DNA from: a virus
Reading direction: 5' to 3' (one strand)
UHGV virus genome: UHGV-0186582
DNA length: 39,992 nucleotides
The notes under the pieces are model-generated. The model was not told the DNA's origin and made no database searches. It saw nothing but the letters and a program-made list of their open reading frames with translations. This document shows, one piece after another, positions 17,614 to 27,442 of the stretch (the stretch's first letter is position 1; each line of letters opens with the position of its first letter). A program made the translations under genes and the position numbers.

Positions 17614-18931
17614 TCTCGATGTCCTCGTCGGTAATGGATGCCCCGATGCCGGTTACGTCAGAATTTTCTCGCAAATCAGTCATAGCGGCTTTCAGTGTCA
17701 TCAGACCATCACCCAGCGCTGTACTGATTGCGTTGGTAGTGTTTAACGCCACCGTTGAGCGATCGACATCAGACATTTGCCAGAGCGGGTTAAACTCAAA
17801 CGTGAAATCGTCCGGTAGCGGCTTGCCAAGTTCCGAACGATGCATGATGTCCAGTATCCGCCGCACCGGAAGACGTAAACGTCTCTCCTGCAGCGAGCTT
17901 ACCCGATCGTAATAGTTGGCAAGGTCTGCATCGCCGGTAGAAAATCCTTTCGGGGACTGTCCGAACAACCGCACCAGTGGGATACCAACAGCGCCACTAA
18001 TCTGTTCTGCAAACTGCGAAAGGATGTCATCCAGACCACTGAAGCTGTACTGATGGGTTTCAAACTTATCCCGCGAGTCCATGAGCGTCATGCCTTCATT
18101 GCTCTGGAACTGTCGAATCAGGTCGATATTCTTCAGCAACGCTTCATACGCAGGACCACCAAGTGCGATAAGCTCGCGTAGCTTCTCCACGCTGTAGGTG
18201 CGCAGATGCGCCTTGTAGACCAGCTGCGCCGCGCCGACAGTAGCGCTGTCGAACGCGGTAAGACGATCCCAGATACGCTCTACAACCGACATTCCCCATT
18301 CGTTCTCGGTCATCTTCTGCTGGAATGGCAGCGTGACGCCATCAAAGCGAATCAGACGACTGTGATGAATGCGCCAGGCAGGAATTCCCGTTGCTGTGGT
18401 CACCACATCGTAAAACTCAGGTTTACCCAGGTCCGGCCCCATATCTTTAATGCGGCGGGTCAGCACTGGGTTAATCATCCAGCGGTCGAGCGGGAGAATG
18501 CCCTTAAACTTGCCTTCTCCAATGGTTTCGAGCCGCAGCGGGGTCATTGGTGCCTGCCCCTCGATCATGATGAAGCCGACCGCGCCGCCGTAGAGGCGAG
18601 ACCATTTCAGCACGTCGTTCAGCGCATCCCAGATCTGCAACTCATCAAGTTGTGATTCGAGAATGCCGCGATCTTTTGCATCAATTTCCGAAGTGATGCG
18701 AATGCCTTTGCGGGTCATATCATCCGGGATAGCGTCGACCGCTTCGCCGATGATCCAGGACGAGCGATAGGACCATTCCACCAGCATGCGGTTGCGGCTG
18801 GTGAAGTTAGCCCGGTAGGTCGATGCTGAGTGCTGGTTAGGCGTCTGCATCCCTACGCGGGCGACAAAGTTCTCATAGCCATCAGCGGTGGCCTGCGCAG
18901 TTCTCCGCAGGGCTTGTTTGTTTCGTGCCAT
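17465..18931 (-). CDS. Portal protein
   Basis: 488 aa immediately downstream of large terminase; acidic C-terminus. Confidence 0.7.
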   Translation of the reverse strand: MARNKQALRRTAQATADGYENFVARVGMQTPNQHSASTYRANFTSRNRMLVEWSYRSSWIIGEAVDAIPDDMTRKGIRITSEIDAKDRGILESQLDELQIWDALNDVLKWSRLYGGAVGFIMIEGQAPMTPLRLETIGEGKFKGILPLDRWMINPVLTRRIKDMGPDLGKPEFYDVVTTATGIPAWRIHHSRLIRFDGVTLPFQQKMTENEWGMSVVERIWDRLTAFDSATVGAAQLVYKAHLRTYSVEKLRELIALGGPAYEALLKNIDLIRQFQSNEGMTLMDSRDKFETHQYSFSGLDDILSQFAEQISGAVGIPLVRLFGQSPKGFSTGDADLANYYDRVSSLQERRLRLPVRRILDIMHRSELGKPLPDDFTFEFNPLWQMSDVDRSTVALNTTNAISTALGDGLMTLKAAMTDLRENSDVTGIGASITDEDIENAEDEAPPGIGEPDDEPQEPSGGNPVSNQPTQDSAGGRGHRKWSLRWFK

Positions 18932-20553
18932 CAGGCCTGTCTCCCTAGCAGCTCCCAGATGTTCAGGGCTGAATTCATTGGCGCGTAGCTGATCATCACC
19001 GAGTCGGCGAGGTTCGGCGACTTGGTGCCATCAGGCTGTTTATCAACAACGATTTTCCCCACGCCGTTAATGGAGTAGGTCGGCTGCGACAGCTCGATGA
19101 TGAGTTTGTCTTTGCTCGCCATGGCGCTGCTGATTGAGATGATTTCGTCCGGGTTGTAGGCCATGCCCTCAACCACGGCGCGATAGGTGTTCTGGAAAAG
19201 CTTGCGTAACCACCACCAGCTCTGGGCCTTGGCGTTGGCGAAGAAGTCCTTGTTCAGGCGTGCGGCCTGTCCGTTGTCCCCGCGCACCGCTTCATCGTCC
19301 GGATCAAATACCGCGCCGCTACCACGAAACGGTGTGGCGAGTATTGACGGTCGGCGCGCAGCGTTACGCAGTTCGTTGATGGCGCGTGCATCGCCGCGAA
19401 CGCCAGCGCCCAGGCCGTCCTCGTCGAAGCGAAATTCTTCGAGGTTGTCCTGTTCGCAAAAGCCGAAGACCTTCTCAACGGACTGGTAAATGTCGCTGCC
19501 CACGCCGGACCATTCACGCACGTTCTCCAGAAGGAAGCCGTGACGGGTCGAAAAGGCATTTTTGTCCCGGCCTTCGTCGGCGACGTCCATCGCGCCCAGT
19601 CGCTTGCCCGTTGGCTGAATACCAAGTTTGATATGCGCGTCGACGGCAGCCTGTACCCAGTCGGACGGGATCAGGACGCCTTCCGCAGATGCGCTGTAGT
19701 TCAGGTCAAGTTCCTGCGCCACCACCACCGGATTGTCGATTTTCTCGCACTCCCTGCGATACCACTCTTCATCCTTGCGCGGGTCATCTCGCCAGTGGAA
19801 CGTGAATACTGGTATTTTTCCGCCGTGGCGCTTCTGCGCGAACGGGTTCGCCATGCCATTAACCGAGCTCAGGTCAATACGGCAACGGGTGGTTTGCGAC
19901 AGCGCCGCATCAATCAACAGAGGACGCTGGAGGAATGCAGCTTCATCCACCAGGTAGAGCGTGGTACGGTCACCACGACCGATATTGTCGCCAGCCTCGC
20001 CTTTGATGACCGCGCCAGTATCGGGAAACTCAACGCGCATATACGGCGCATGCTTCTTCTCGTCCCACGAACCACGAAACTCGATGGGCAGTGTTTCCAC
20101 GAACTTTCGCGCCTTCCAGAACAGCGCCTTCGGGTCACCGGTGCTGTCGACGTATTCCTCTTTACGGGAGCCGAAACCGATAACCATTTCTTTGTTGAAG
20201 AGACAAAGCGAGCAGGCCAGTCCGATCGCGGTCCAACTGAGCCCCATTTCACGGGATTTTTCGGTAATACCATTCTCCCGATTACCCCAGCGTTCCATAA
20301 TCCAGTGGATCCACTCCTCCTGCTTAGGGAAGAGTAAAAACGGGATGGTCACCGGCAGGCCATAATCAATATTACGCGGGTCCGTTGTCATGCCCCAGTC
20401 GATGATGAACTGAGCCGGATTGGTTCGGTAAAACTGTTTTAGTGCTGGCAATATTTCAGGATTCTGGCGAATGCGCTGTAGGCGTTCCATCCGCCATTCA
20501 AAAACCATCTGGTAATCAGGATGTTTAAAATCGAAGGGGAATGGTAACGGCAT
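18931..20553 (-). CDS. Terminase large subunit
   Basis: 540 aa; Walker B-like LYLVDEAAF; follows small subunit. Confidence 0.75.
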   Translation of the reverse strand: MPLPFPFDFKHPDYQMVFEWRMERLQRIRQNPEILPALKQFYRTNPAQFIIDWGMTTDPRNIDYGLPVTIPFLLFPKQEEWIHWIMERWGNRENGITEKSREMGLSWTAIGLACSLCLFNKEMVIGFGSRKEEYVDSTGDPKALFWKARKFVETLPIEFRGSWDEKKHAPYMRVEFPDTGAVIKGEAGDNIGRGDRTTLYLVDEAAFLQRPLLIDAALSQTTRCRIDLSSVNGMANPFAQKRHGGKIPVFTFHWRDDPRKDEEWYRRECEKIDNPVVVAQELDLNYSASAEGVLIPSDWVQAAVDAHIKLGIQPTGKRLGAMDVADEGRDKNAFSTRHGFLLENVREWSGVGSDIYQSVEKVFGFCEQDNLEEFRFDEDGLGAGVRGDARAINELRNAARRPSILATPFRGSGAVFDPDDEAVRGDNGQAARLNKDFFANAKAQSWWWLRKLFQNTYRAVVEGMAYNPDEIISISSAMASKDKLIIELSQPTYSINGVGKIVVDKQPDGTKSPNLADSVMISYAPMNSALNIWELLGRQA

Positions 20554-20555
20554 AC

Positions 20556-21110
20556 TTAGCCCATCATTTTTCTATACGCCTCTGCAGCCTGCTCCGGCGT
20601 TAAGTTGGTAATTTCTGTTCTGACTGGTCCTCCATCAGCGCCAGTCACTTCATTTTTGACGTTGTCTTTAAACGCCTGAACAGAAACATGGCGCCCAAGT
20701 AACTCAAGGTTTTTAACCTTATCAGGCCATTTGATTTTCTTCAGAAGTGCGGCGCTATCTGCAGATACCATCTCGACGACATCCATACCCGATAGAGTCG
20801 TTCTCCATACTTTGGGCCAGTCTTTAATCGGCTTCAGTTCGCCATTGGCAAGCAGAATGTCAAGCACGTCCATCTGATCGATTTCAGTCAGCCGTCGCAA
20901 TACATAGGCAGCGTCTATACCTACCTCTTCATTGCGTTCAGCCTTTAGCTCAGCAATGCGATCTGCTATGTCAGGTTTTGACAGGTTCTCGCTACCAGTG
21001 GCGCGAGCAGTTTTCTCGCTGTAACCCGCCCTGATAGCTGCCTGAGTGGCGTTTAAATCTTTCAGGTACTCACGGGCAAACAGCTCTTGTTTGTCTGTGA
21101 GCTTTGCCAT
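20556..21110 (-). CDS. Terminase small subunit
   Basis: 184 aa, N-terminal HTH-like region, directly upstream of TerL. Confidence 0.65.
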   Translation of the reverse strand: MAKLTDKQELFAREYLKDLNATQAAIRAGYSEKTARATGSENLSKPDIADRIAELKAERNEEVGIDAAYVLRRLTEIDQMDVLDILLANGELKPIKDWPKVWRTTLSGMDVVEMVSADSAALLKKIKWPDKVKNLELLGRHVSVQAFKDNVKNEVTGADGGPVRTEITNLTPEQAAEAYRKMMG

Positions 21111-21405
21111 TGTTGGCTCCGTTTATCCGTTAAAAGGGATATCAGTTAAGTTATCCCGTGTAGGGTATAAGGCATTGTCGAGACCACTCATTGAATGGCC
21201 TCTGCAATAACCGATGTCTTTCCATCAGTCCGCCACCACAAAGAATCTTTTTTGCCATCAGGCAGGAGGTTCATCTTTCAGTGGCTGCCAGTGTTATTTC
21301 CCCACTTACTGGCTTGGGTTGTTTCGCTGTACTGCCGTTAATTAGTGACCAGAAATTAACTCCGGTTTCATTATCAAGCCCACCCGTAGATGGGCTTTGG
21401 AATGG

Positions 21406-21924
21406 TCACTTTGGCAGTCCGGGGATCGATATTTGCGCCTGCTGCTCAAGCCTTTTGATTCTTGCTATGAGTTGCGGTTTTTTGATCCTGCCCCAGCGGT
21501 TCAGCAAGCGTCCTGACATACTGGCAACATCCTTTTCCTTCATGAACTCCAGCATTAACTCGTTGTGCTCTCTTTGGTATGAGTGAGCCATCTCCATCAG
21601 CCTGTCACGCATCCAATTAAATGCTTTGATAAACGCCTCTTTGATGGCGGCAGCTTTTTTGCCGGTAAACGACATGATGATGTACATCGCACCGTCTTTG
21701 GAAATTTCATATTCAACATACTGATTACCCTTGTGTTCATAGGTAACCCGCGAAAAGTTGCTGGTTAGAAATTCATCCGAACAGTCTAGCTTTTCGATTT
21801 TCTGAATGATGTGGTGATGCTGCTTGTCGAAGTAAGCTGCTACCTTGCGGGAGGTTGTGATCACGCGATCACCAGAAACAACCACCATGTCCCGGAAATC
21901 GAGATTAGCCAATTGATGATTCAT
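21406..21924 (-). CDS. rha: Rha-family phage regulatory protein
   Basis: N-terminal motif VVVSGDRVITTSRKVAAYFDKQHHHIIQKIEKL matches recalled Rha signature; lies between lysis and terminase as in P22-like phages. Confidence 0.5.
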   Translation of the reverse strand: MNHQLANLDFRDMVVVSGDRVITTSRKVAAYFDKQHHHIIQKIEKLDCSDEFLTSNFSRVTYEHKGNQYVEYEISKDGAMYIIMSFTGKKAAAIKEAFIKAFNWMRDRLMEMAHSYQREHNELMLEFMKEKDVASMSGRLLNRWGRIKKPQLIARIKRLEQQAQISIPGLPK

Positions 21925-22071
21925 AGCGTCTTACCTTTTAGAAAGATGAGCCTGTTCGCACAGAAAAGCCGTCCCCGAGATGGTCGCCACCATATACGGC
22001 AATTCTCAGGCTCAGCTTTCTGAAAGACTCGGGATTGTTACGCGCTGCGATGCGCTGTTTACTGCAGATGT

Positions 22072-22094
22072 AAAAAAGCCCCGCGAATGCGAGG
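22072..22094 (-). terminator. Rho-independent terminator downstream of the lysis cassette
   Basis: Minus strand CCTCGC-ATTC-GCGGGG followed by CTTTTTTAC. Confidence 0.45.
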
Positions 22095-22269
22095 CTAAAT
22101 CCTGGTGTTTGTGATGACTGGCTCTTATCTCAACGCAGCCCCTTACCGCGCGCCATATGCTTAACTTCAAGCATCAGCAATGAGATGTTTAATCTGGATT
22201 CACTCCAGAAGTGATCACCACCCTGTCTACAGAGCCAGATGTGAAGGATGATGAATAGAATTATCGCTA

Positions 22270-22737
22270 TCATCGAAGGCATTGCGTCCTGATGTATTCC
22301 TGAAGCGTTCTCAGTGCTGTTTGGTCGCGGATAATTCCGTCCCGGATACCGAGAACGTTTCGTCCAGCAACTGGAGAGAGTTCGACGGTGGCATCATTGC
22401 CCATGCCGGAGGCGCTGGAGGCTTCGGCTGAGGATGGCACAGGGCATTTTCCTTTGACGAGCACCCTGCCACCATTATCAAGCTTGCGACGAAGAGCATC
22501 ATTTTCAGCTTTCGCATCAGCTAACTCCTTCGTGTATTTTGCATCGAGCGCAGCAACATCACGCTGACGCATCTGCATGTCAGTAATTGCCGCGTTCGCC
22601 AGCTTCAGTTCTCTGACATTTTTGTCGCGCTGGGCTTTGTAGGTAATGGCATTATCACGGTAATGATTAACAGCCCATGAAAGGCAGACAATGATGCAGA
22701 TAACCAGAGCGGAGATAATCGCGGTGACCCTGCTCAT
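22270..22737 (-). CDS. Rz: Spanin inner-membrane subunit Rz
   Basis: N-terminal half near-identical to lambda Rz ([40 protein letters not shown]...); C-terminal half diverges. Confidence 0.8.
   Translation of the reverse strand: MSRVTAIISALVICIIVCLSWAVNHYRDNAITYKAQRDKNVRELKLANAAITDMQMRQRDVAALDAKYTKELADAKAENDALRRKLDNGGRVLVKGKCPVPSSAEASSASGMGNDATVELSPVAGRNVLGIRDGIIRDQTALRTLQEYIRTQCLR
22311..22517 (-). CDS. Rz1: Spanin outer-membrane lipoprotein Rz1 (embedded in Rz, +1 frame)
   Basis: [19 protein letters not shown] lipobox and proline-rich [11 protein letters not shown]; embedded in Rz as in lambda. Confidence 0.7.
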   Translation of the reverse strand: MRKLKMMLFVASLIMVAGCSSKENALCHPQPKPPAPPAWAMMPPSNSLQLLDETFSVSGTELSATKQH

Positions 22738-23210
22738 ACCTCAATCTCTCTGACCGTTCCGCCTGCTTCTTTGAATTTTGCTATCAGGCTGTCAGCCTTA
22801 TGCTCGAACTGACCATAACCAGCGCCAGGCAGTGAAGCCCAGATATTGCTGCAACGGTCGATAGCCTGACGAATATCACCGCGATCAATCATCGGTAAAG
22901 CGCCACGTTCTTTAATCTGTTGCAGTGCCACGGCGTCCTGGCTTTTCGGAGAGAAGTCTTTCAGGCCAAGCTGCTTGCGGTAGGCATCCCACCAACGGGA
23001 AAGAAGCTGGTAGCGTCCTGCTGCTGTTGATTTGAGTTTGGGGTTTAGCGTGACAAGTTTGCGAGGGTGATCGGAGTAATCAGTGAACAGTTCGCCACCG
23101 ACAATAACATCATAACCATGATTTCTGGTTTTCTGCCGTCCGTTATCAGTTCCCTCCGACCACGCCAGCATATCGAGGAACGCCTTACGTTGATTATTGA
23201 TTTCCACCAT
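22734..23210 (-). CDS. R: Endolysin R (lytic transglycosylase)
   Basis: 158 aa, essentially lambda R sequence ([42 protein letters not shown]...). Confidence 0.9.
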   Translation of the reverse strand: MVEINNQRKAFLDMLAWSEGTDNGRQKTRNHGYDVIVGGELFTDYSDHPRKLVTLNPKLKSTAAGRYQLLSRWWDAYRKQLGLKDFSPKSQDAVALQQIKERGALPMIDRGDIRQAIDRCSNIWASLPGAGYGQFEHKADSLIAKFKEAGGTVREIEV

Positions 23211-23517
23211 CTTCTACTCCGGCTTTTTTAGCAGCGAAGCGTTTGATAAGCGAACCAATCGAGTCAGTACCGATGTAGCCGATGAAAACGCTCGTTATAT
23301 AAGCGAGATTGCTACTTAGTCCGGCGAAGTCGAGAAGGTCACGAATGAACCAGGCGATAATGGCGCACATCGTTGCGTCGATTACTGTTTTTGTAAACGC
23401 ACCGCCATTATATCTGCCGCGAAGGTACGCCATTGCAAACGCAAGGATTGCCCCGATGCCTTGTTCCTTTGCCGCGAGAATGGCGGCTAACAGGTCATGT
23501 TTTTCTGGCATCTTCAT
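23194..23517 (-). CDS. S: Holin/antiholin S (S107/S105 dual start)
   Basis: 107 aa, near-identical to lambda S including MKM dual-start N-terminus; upstream DNA also matches lambda. Confidence 0.9.
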   Translation of the reverse strand: MKMPEKHDLLAAILAAKEQGIGAILAFAMAYLRGRYNGGAFTKTVIDATMCAIIAWFIRDLLDFAGLSSNLAYITSVFIGYIGTDSIGSLIKRFAAKKAGVEDGGNQ

Positions 23518-23953
23518 GTCTTACCCCCAATAAGGGGATTTGCTCTATTTAATTAGGAATAAGGTCGATTACTGATAGAACAAATCCAGGCTACTGTGTT
23601 TAGTAATCAGATTTGTTCGTGACCGATATGCACGAGCAAAACGGCAGGAGGTTGTTAGCGCAACCTCTTGCTACCCGCTTTCACGAAGGTCATGTGTAGA
23701 AGTCCGCAGCGTAACTATCACCGATGAATTCATGATAGCCAGTGGCTACGGCTCAGTTTGGATTGTGGCGACCGGTGCTGATCTCCGGTTTGCTGCAACT
23801 GCCTACAGCGGGCTACGTGGCCACACCGAATCCAGCGAAAGATTCTTGCCCTTACACATCAGCCTGTGCATTCACCACAACGATAAGAGCACTGCGCGGC
23901 ACCTTTCACCAATTCCGCGAGGTCTGCGGGTTCAATGCTCTTACCTGTTGTGC

Positions 23954-23998
23954 AAATAAAAAAGCCACCGTTGCAACTTAAGAGTCACTAACGGCAGC
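23954..23998 (-). terminator. tR'-like rho-independent terminator of the short late leader transcript
   Basis: Minus strand GCTGCCGTT...AACGGTGGC stem (with G-U pairs) followed by TTTTTTATTT; downstream sequence recalled as matching lambda tR' flank. Confidence 0.45.
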
Positions 23999-24008
23999 TT
24001 ACCTTCTA

Positions 24009-24038
24009 ATTATGGCTAAATGGCTAATTGCATGTCAA
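24009..24038 (-). promoter_or_regulatory. Late promoter pR' candidate (TTGACA-18 bp-CATAAT) overlapping the 3' end of the Q-like gene
   Basis: -35 TTGACA (rc of 24033-24038) and -10 CATAAT (rc of 24009-24014) read on minus strand; stop of upstream gene at 24016-24018. Confidence 0.45.
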
Positions 24039-24534
24039 GGCTTTTAACAGCAACATGCTTAACTTTCTCAACACGTTTACGCATTTTGAAAGCATTTTGC
24101 ATCGGCTGGTATAAAACAAATAATGACGCTTTCAGGATGTCGTCAATTTCGTTTCTACAGGTTGCCAGTGAAGGTTTTCTCCATCCCTCGCCACCACGTC
24201 CACACATCTTGCGTGGCTTTGCAGTCGCGTGATAGTAGGATGCAATTGCTCGCTTAGATGAACCATGAGCGTAGTAGCTGAGGAGGATGCTAAAGGCTTT
24301 CTTGTCAATGTACATGACGGAATCGACGACCTGAGAAATCAACATTCCATCATCATCATTACACATTGGCCTTGTCATAACTCTTCCCGGCTCTACGCTC
24401 TCCATGAACTTCGCTATTACGCTGCTCATGCGCTTTTCCAGGCGGCCTGAATAAACCCATGCGCCCCACAGTTCAAGCCAGCCATTCAGCCAATCGTGCT
24501 GTTCTTTGGTGAGGTTTAGTTCTCTTATGCTCAT
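24016..24534 (-). CDS. Late-gene antiterminator Q-like protein (non-lambda type)
   Basis: 172-aa ORF between ninH and the pR'/lysis region; not similar to lambda Q as recalled; assignment by position and promoter context. Confidence 0.5.
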   Translation of the reverse strand: MSIRELNLTKEQHDWLNGWLELWGAWVYSGRLEKRMSSVIAKFMESVEPGRVMTRPMCNDDDGMLISQVVDSVMYIDKKAFSILLSYYAHGSSKRAIASYYHATAKPRKMCGRGGEGWRKPSLATCRNEIDDILKASLFVLYQPMQNAFKMRKRVEKVKHVAVKSLDMQLAI

Positions 24535-24719
24535 CGTCTTCCCCTCTTGCCCTGTTTGACCATCAGGACGCCGTTAACTATTACGTGACGCTCGCCTTTG
24601 CTGTCTCGTTTGTACTTGAGCACTGTTCCTCTTGCGCAGGAAAGCATCCTTGCCACTTCGGTCTGATTGCCTCGTGTCTGGATAAGAAGCTCTGGTATCG
24701 TTTGAATTGTGGCGTTCAT
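24531..24719 (-). CDS. ninH: NinH
   Basis: 62 aa; IPELLIQTRGNQTEVARMLSCARGTVLKY resembles lambda NinH (IPDMLVEAYGNQTEVARRLKCSRGTVRKY). Confidence 0.7.
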   Translation of the reverse strand: MNATIQTIPELLIQTRGNQTEVARMLSCARGTVLKYKRDSKGERHVIVNGVLMVKQGKRGRR

Positions 24720-25078
24720 ACGCTCTCCAGTTCGGTGATTTTTATTCCAAGCCTTCCGCCTGGTACTTTCACGCCACGAATTACGCGAATGTCATCGAAT
24801 TGCTCGTCGTCTTCCGCAAATCCGGCGTGGATAAGGGAGTCGAGTAAACCTTTCAGGATGTTGTCGAGGTCGCGGCGGCGGGAGTCTGGAACGTCTGCGA
24901 TGACTTTGATGCGGAGTCGTGATTTGGTGAAAATGTCTAACTTAAGTTGGCGGATGATTTGCTGAACGTCTTTTCGGTATTTCTGGCCTTTATCGCTGAT
25001 GTAGTATTGACTCCCCCGTCTTCGCCAGTAGGTATTCAGCGACGGCGGGTATGGAAGCACAAACTGATATTCGTTCAT
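24716..25078 (-). CDS. rusA: Holliday junction resolvase RusA
   Basis: 120 aa; LPYPPSLNTYW...DRRRRDLDNI...GGRL motifs as in RusA. Confidence 0.75.
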   Translation of the reverse strand: MNEYQFVLPYPPSLNTYWRRRGSQYYISDKGQKYRKDVQQIIRQLKLDIFTKSRLRIKVIADVPDSRRRDLDNILKGLLDSLIHAGFAEDDEQFDDIRVIRGVKVPGGRLGIKITELESV

Positions 25079-25353
25079 TGGACAAACACCCTCCCATTGT
25101 TAACCAATTTTTTAAGGGTAAGCACAATGGCCCGATCCATTTCAGCCCTTCGCTCTTCCCTGCTCATATCTCTCCCATTATCAATTCTTGAATGACAATC
25201 AACACATAGCGCAGCAGTAAGGCAATCATCTACTTTAATCCCAACCCCCTTCCCTTCATTTCTGTGAGCGGCCTGAACTCCGTATCTTCCGCAAAGAACG
25301 CAAAATTCAATATCCCTGACTGCCTGAAGCCATTTTTTGCTTCTAAACATCAA
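25075..25353 (-). CDS. YbcO-like (DUF1364) Cys/His-motif protein, putative nuclease
   Basis: 92 aa with CVLCGRYGVQAAHRN ... CVDCHSRID pattern. Confidence 0.45.
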   Translation of the reverse strand: MMFRSKKWLQAVRDIEFCVLCGRYGVQAAHRNEGKGVGIKVDDCLTAALCVDCHSRIDNGRDMSREERRAEMDRAIVLTLKKLVNNGRVFVQ

Positions 25354-25852
25354 TCCCCTCCAAAAAACGTCGGTACGCTGATTTGTTTTTTATGTTGCAC
25401 ACTGTCTGCGCACAAACACCAAATTCTTTGGCTATATCTCTGTATTTGCCTTTTGATTTATATATTGATTTCACTTGTTCTGGCGTTAGTTTGCAGAAGT
25501 GATGATTAAACCCATGAACAAGCAATCCGGAATCAAATCCATGTTTCGCATTTTCTGTTCGCGTTACCCACTCAAGATTTTCAACTTTATTATTAAGTTT
25601 ATTTCCATCCTTGTGATTAACTTCCGGTTTGCCATCTGGGTTATCAATAAATACTTCTGCAACAATTCTGTGAACCATTTTATATGATGGTCTTTTCCCG
25701 CCACCTGGATACAGACCGACAAATGCATATCCTCCTGGTTTAATGCCATGAGATAATTTTTTTGATTTACGGCATGAAATGATGTCTCCATTTTCATTTA
25801 CTTTATATATACCCTCAAAGCCGGGGATATCTTTTTCTTTAACATCACTCAT
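25343..25852 (-). CDS. Free-standing HNH homing endonuclease (NUMOD4 + HNH_3 motifs)
   Basis: 169 aa; GFEGIYKVNENGDI (NUMOD4-like) and HKDGNKLNNKVENLEW (HNH); gene is visibly AT-rich; start overlaps ninF stop (ATGAGTGA). Confidence 0.75.
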   Translation of the reverse strand: MSDVKEKDIPGFEGIYKVNENGDIISCRKSKKLSHGIKPGGYAFVGLYPGGGKRPSYKMVHRIVAEVFIDNPDGKPEVNHKDGNKLNNKVENLEWVTRTENAKHGFDSGLLVHGFNHHFCKLTPEQVKSIYKSKGKYRDIAKEFGVCAQTVCNIKNKSAYRRFLEGIDV

Positions 25853-26015
25853 CGTCTTCTTCCTCGTACATTGAGCTATTCGGATCGCTCATCAGTTCTG
25901 CGCAGCAGTGCTCACACACGTTAACTTCCAGCACATGCAGCTTTTGACCGCAATTAGCGCACGTTAAAGCCCGCTCGACGCTTTCTTGTTCGTAACTTCG
26001 ATTTGGGTCAATCAC
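25845..26015 (-). CDS. ninF: NinF
   Basis: 56 aa below ORF-track cutoff; GTG start; (V)[55 protein letters not shown] near-identical to recalled lambda NinF. Confidence 0.7.
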   Translation of the reverse strand: MIDPNRSYEQESVERALTCANCGQKLHVLEVNVCEHCCAELMSDPNSSMYEEEDDE

Positions 26016-26194
26016 CTTGTTTTCCTCGCACGTTCTCTAAGCCACCGGATATCCCACAGGTGAGCCGTGTAGTTGAAGGTTTTTACGTCAGATTCTTTTG
26101 GGATTGGCTTGCGTTTATTTCTGGAGCGTTTCGTTGGAAGGTATTTGCAGTTTTCGCAGATTATGTCGGTAATACTTCGTCGCTGTCGTCTCAT
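26012..26194 (-). CDS. ninE: NinE
   Basis: 60 aa from internal ATG overlapping methyltransferase stop (ATGA); [52 protein letters not shown] matches recalled lambda NinE. Confidence 0.75.
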   Translation of the reverse strand: MRRQRRSITDIICENCKYLPTKRSRNKRKPIPKESDVKTFNYTAHLWDIRWLRERARKTR

Positions 26195-26720
26195 GCCGCC
26201 CTCCTGACGCCCTGCCCGATCGCCATCAATGCCGCTTTGGATACGGTAGTAAACATCCGTCGAGGACTGATGAACGGTCGCCAAATCAGCAGCATGGAAC
26301 CTTTGCTGTTTCCCTTCTTCTCCAGCCCTGTCGATGGTTCGATAAAATTAATCCGTCCATCAGTGATAATACGAACTTCGTCAACACTCTCCAGAGCCTT
26401 GCTGAACCATCCGACAGACATATCCTCTGGCACAAGCATCACTACCGTCTGTCGCTGTTGTATGCACTGCTCAGCGGCTTTTTCCACCCACGGCCTGATA
26501 TTGCTGTACGGTGGGTTATTCCAGATTGCACCGTGGCTTACCCACTCAGAATTGAGCGCGTCGTCGGCCTCAGTTAGCCAGTGAGCGCACAGAGCATTTT
26601 TGTCGCTCGCTGCCGAATCCAGCCAGAATCCAAACTCAATATCCAGTGCATCAAAAAGCCAAAGCGGCGTTCGCCAGCAGTCCTTGTCGTGTGCTGGCGT
26701 ATTTGATTTGATAGTCACTC
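26191..26720 (-). CDS. Phage N6-adenine DNA methyltransferase (Dam-like, NPPY motif)
   Basis: [13 protein letters not shown]...WNNPPYSN motifs; probable start is GTG at 26720 overlapping ninB stop with AAGGAG RBS (track ORF extends to TTG 26754). Confidence 0.7.
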
Positions 26721-27140
26721 TACTTGCCTCTCCTTTAGATCCCGGTACTCGCAATTATCAGGAATGGTTAGTCGTAATCCCTTCTGATGCGCCCACTGGT
26801 CAATATCGGTCAGATATTTGTGCATATCTCCAATATCAAGCTGACGTGTTGATTTAACGCATCGTGTAATATTAAAAATCGTCACCCTTTTAGCCGGACA
26901 AAATATATCTTTCAGCCACTCATGAACCTCTTCAGGCGTGAAGTTTTCAGCAGAAGCAGCAGATAACTGTGCGGCTATTTCTGCATTCCACATCCACAGC
27001 AGATTGTTTTGTGACAATGTACGCTTTTCACGGTACTCAGATATTTTGATTCGCCAGCGTTTGCCAGTAGAGAGGATTTGTTTCAGAACTAACCAGAATT
27101 GTGATTTATTGGTTTCGTGCAGAATGAAATCATTCATCAT
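26715..27140 (-). CDS. ninB: NinB-family recombination protein (Orf-like)
   Basis: 141 aa; RTLSQNNLLWMW motif resembles lambda NinB RSLDQNRKLWACL; first gene after tR2-like terminator. Confidence 0.55.
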   Translation of the reverse strand: MMNDFILHETNKSQFWLVLKQILSTGKRWRIKISEYREKRTLSQNNLLWMWNAEIAAQLSAASAENFTPEEVHEWLKDIFCPAKRVTIFNITRCVKSTRQLDIGDMHKYLTDIDQWAHQKGLRLTIPDNCEYRDLKERQVE

Positions 27141-27357
27141 CAGTCATCAAATCTAATTGCTGGATAATTCTGTCACACTGAAAATCATTATCGATTTTAA
27201 CCAACCGGCGAAGAACGCGGTCACGCGGATAGATACGTGGCTTAGGGGCGTTTTTCTGTCTCTCGCCAGTCGGAAGTCTGGAAGCAGACCAGTACCGCTT
27301 TGCACGACCAATGTTCTCCTGAAAGTCGGCGCGGACAAGCTCAGTCATCGAACTCAT
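27130..27357 (-). CDS. Hypothetical small protein
   Basis: 75-aa ORF just downstream of tR2-like terminator. Confidence 0.35.
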   Translation of the reverse strand: MSSMTELVRADFQENIGRAKRYWSASRLPTGERQKNAPKPRIYPRDRVLRRLVKIDNDFQCDRIIQQLDLMTDDE

Positions 27358-27384
27358 TTCTTAAAGCCTCCAATTACCCTCCCC

Positions 27385-27417
27385 CAAATAAAAAGGCCTG
27401 CGATTACCAGCAGGCCT
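27385..27417 (-). terminator. tR2-like rho-independent terminator between ren and nin region
   Basis: Minus strand AGGCCTGC-TGGTAATC-GCAGGCCT followed by TTTTTATTT; 8-bp perfect stem. Confidence 0.6.
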
Positions 27418-27442
27418 GTTATTAGCTCAGTGATGTAGATGG

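Noticed and set aside
19540-20337. 265-aa plus-strand ORF inside the terminase large subunit gene
   Set aside because: Completely contained antisense to a confidently assigned gene in an operon where every gene is on the minus strand.
21376-21400. Hairpin AGCCCA-N8-TGGGCT just after the Rha stop as a terminator
   Set aside because: No U-run follows the stem on the transcribed strand, so it does not meet intrinsic terminator criteria.
21191-21586. 131-aa plus-strand ORF between the small terminase and Rha
   Set aside because: Overlaps the Rha 3' end antisense and has Cys/Ser-rich low-complexity composition; the region more likely holds packaging (pac/cos) and regulatory DNA, which I cannot define from sequence alone.
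23732-23981. Plus-strand ORFs of 75-79 aa in the late leader region
   Set aside because: Located in a transcribed non-coding leader on the opposite strand, overlapping each other and the terminator; no RBS.
23518-24015. Possible tRNA genes between the Q-like gene and S, as found in some lambdoid phages
   Set aside because: No GTTCGAATC-type T-arm or cloverleaf pattern seen; the region matches the lambda late leader/6S-like region from recall.
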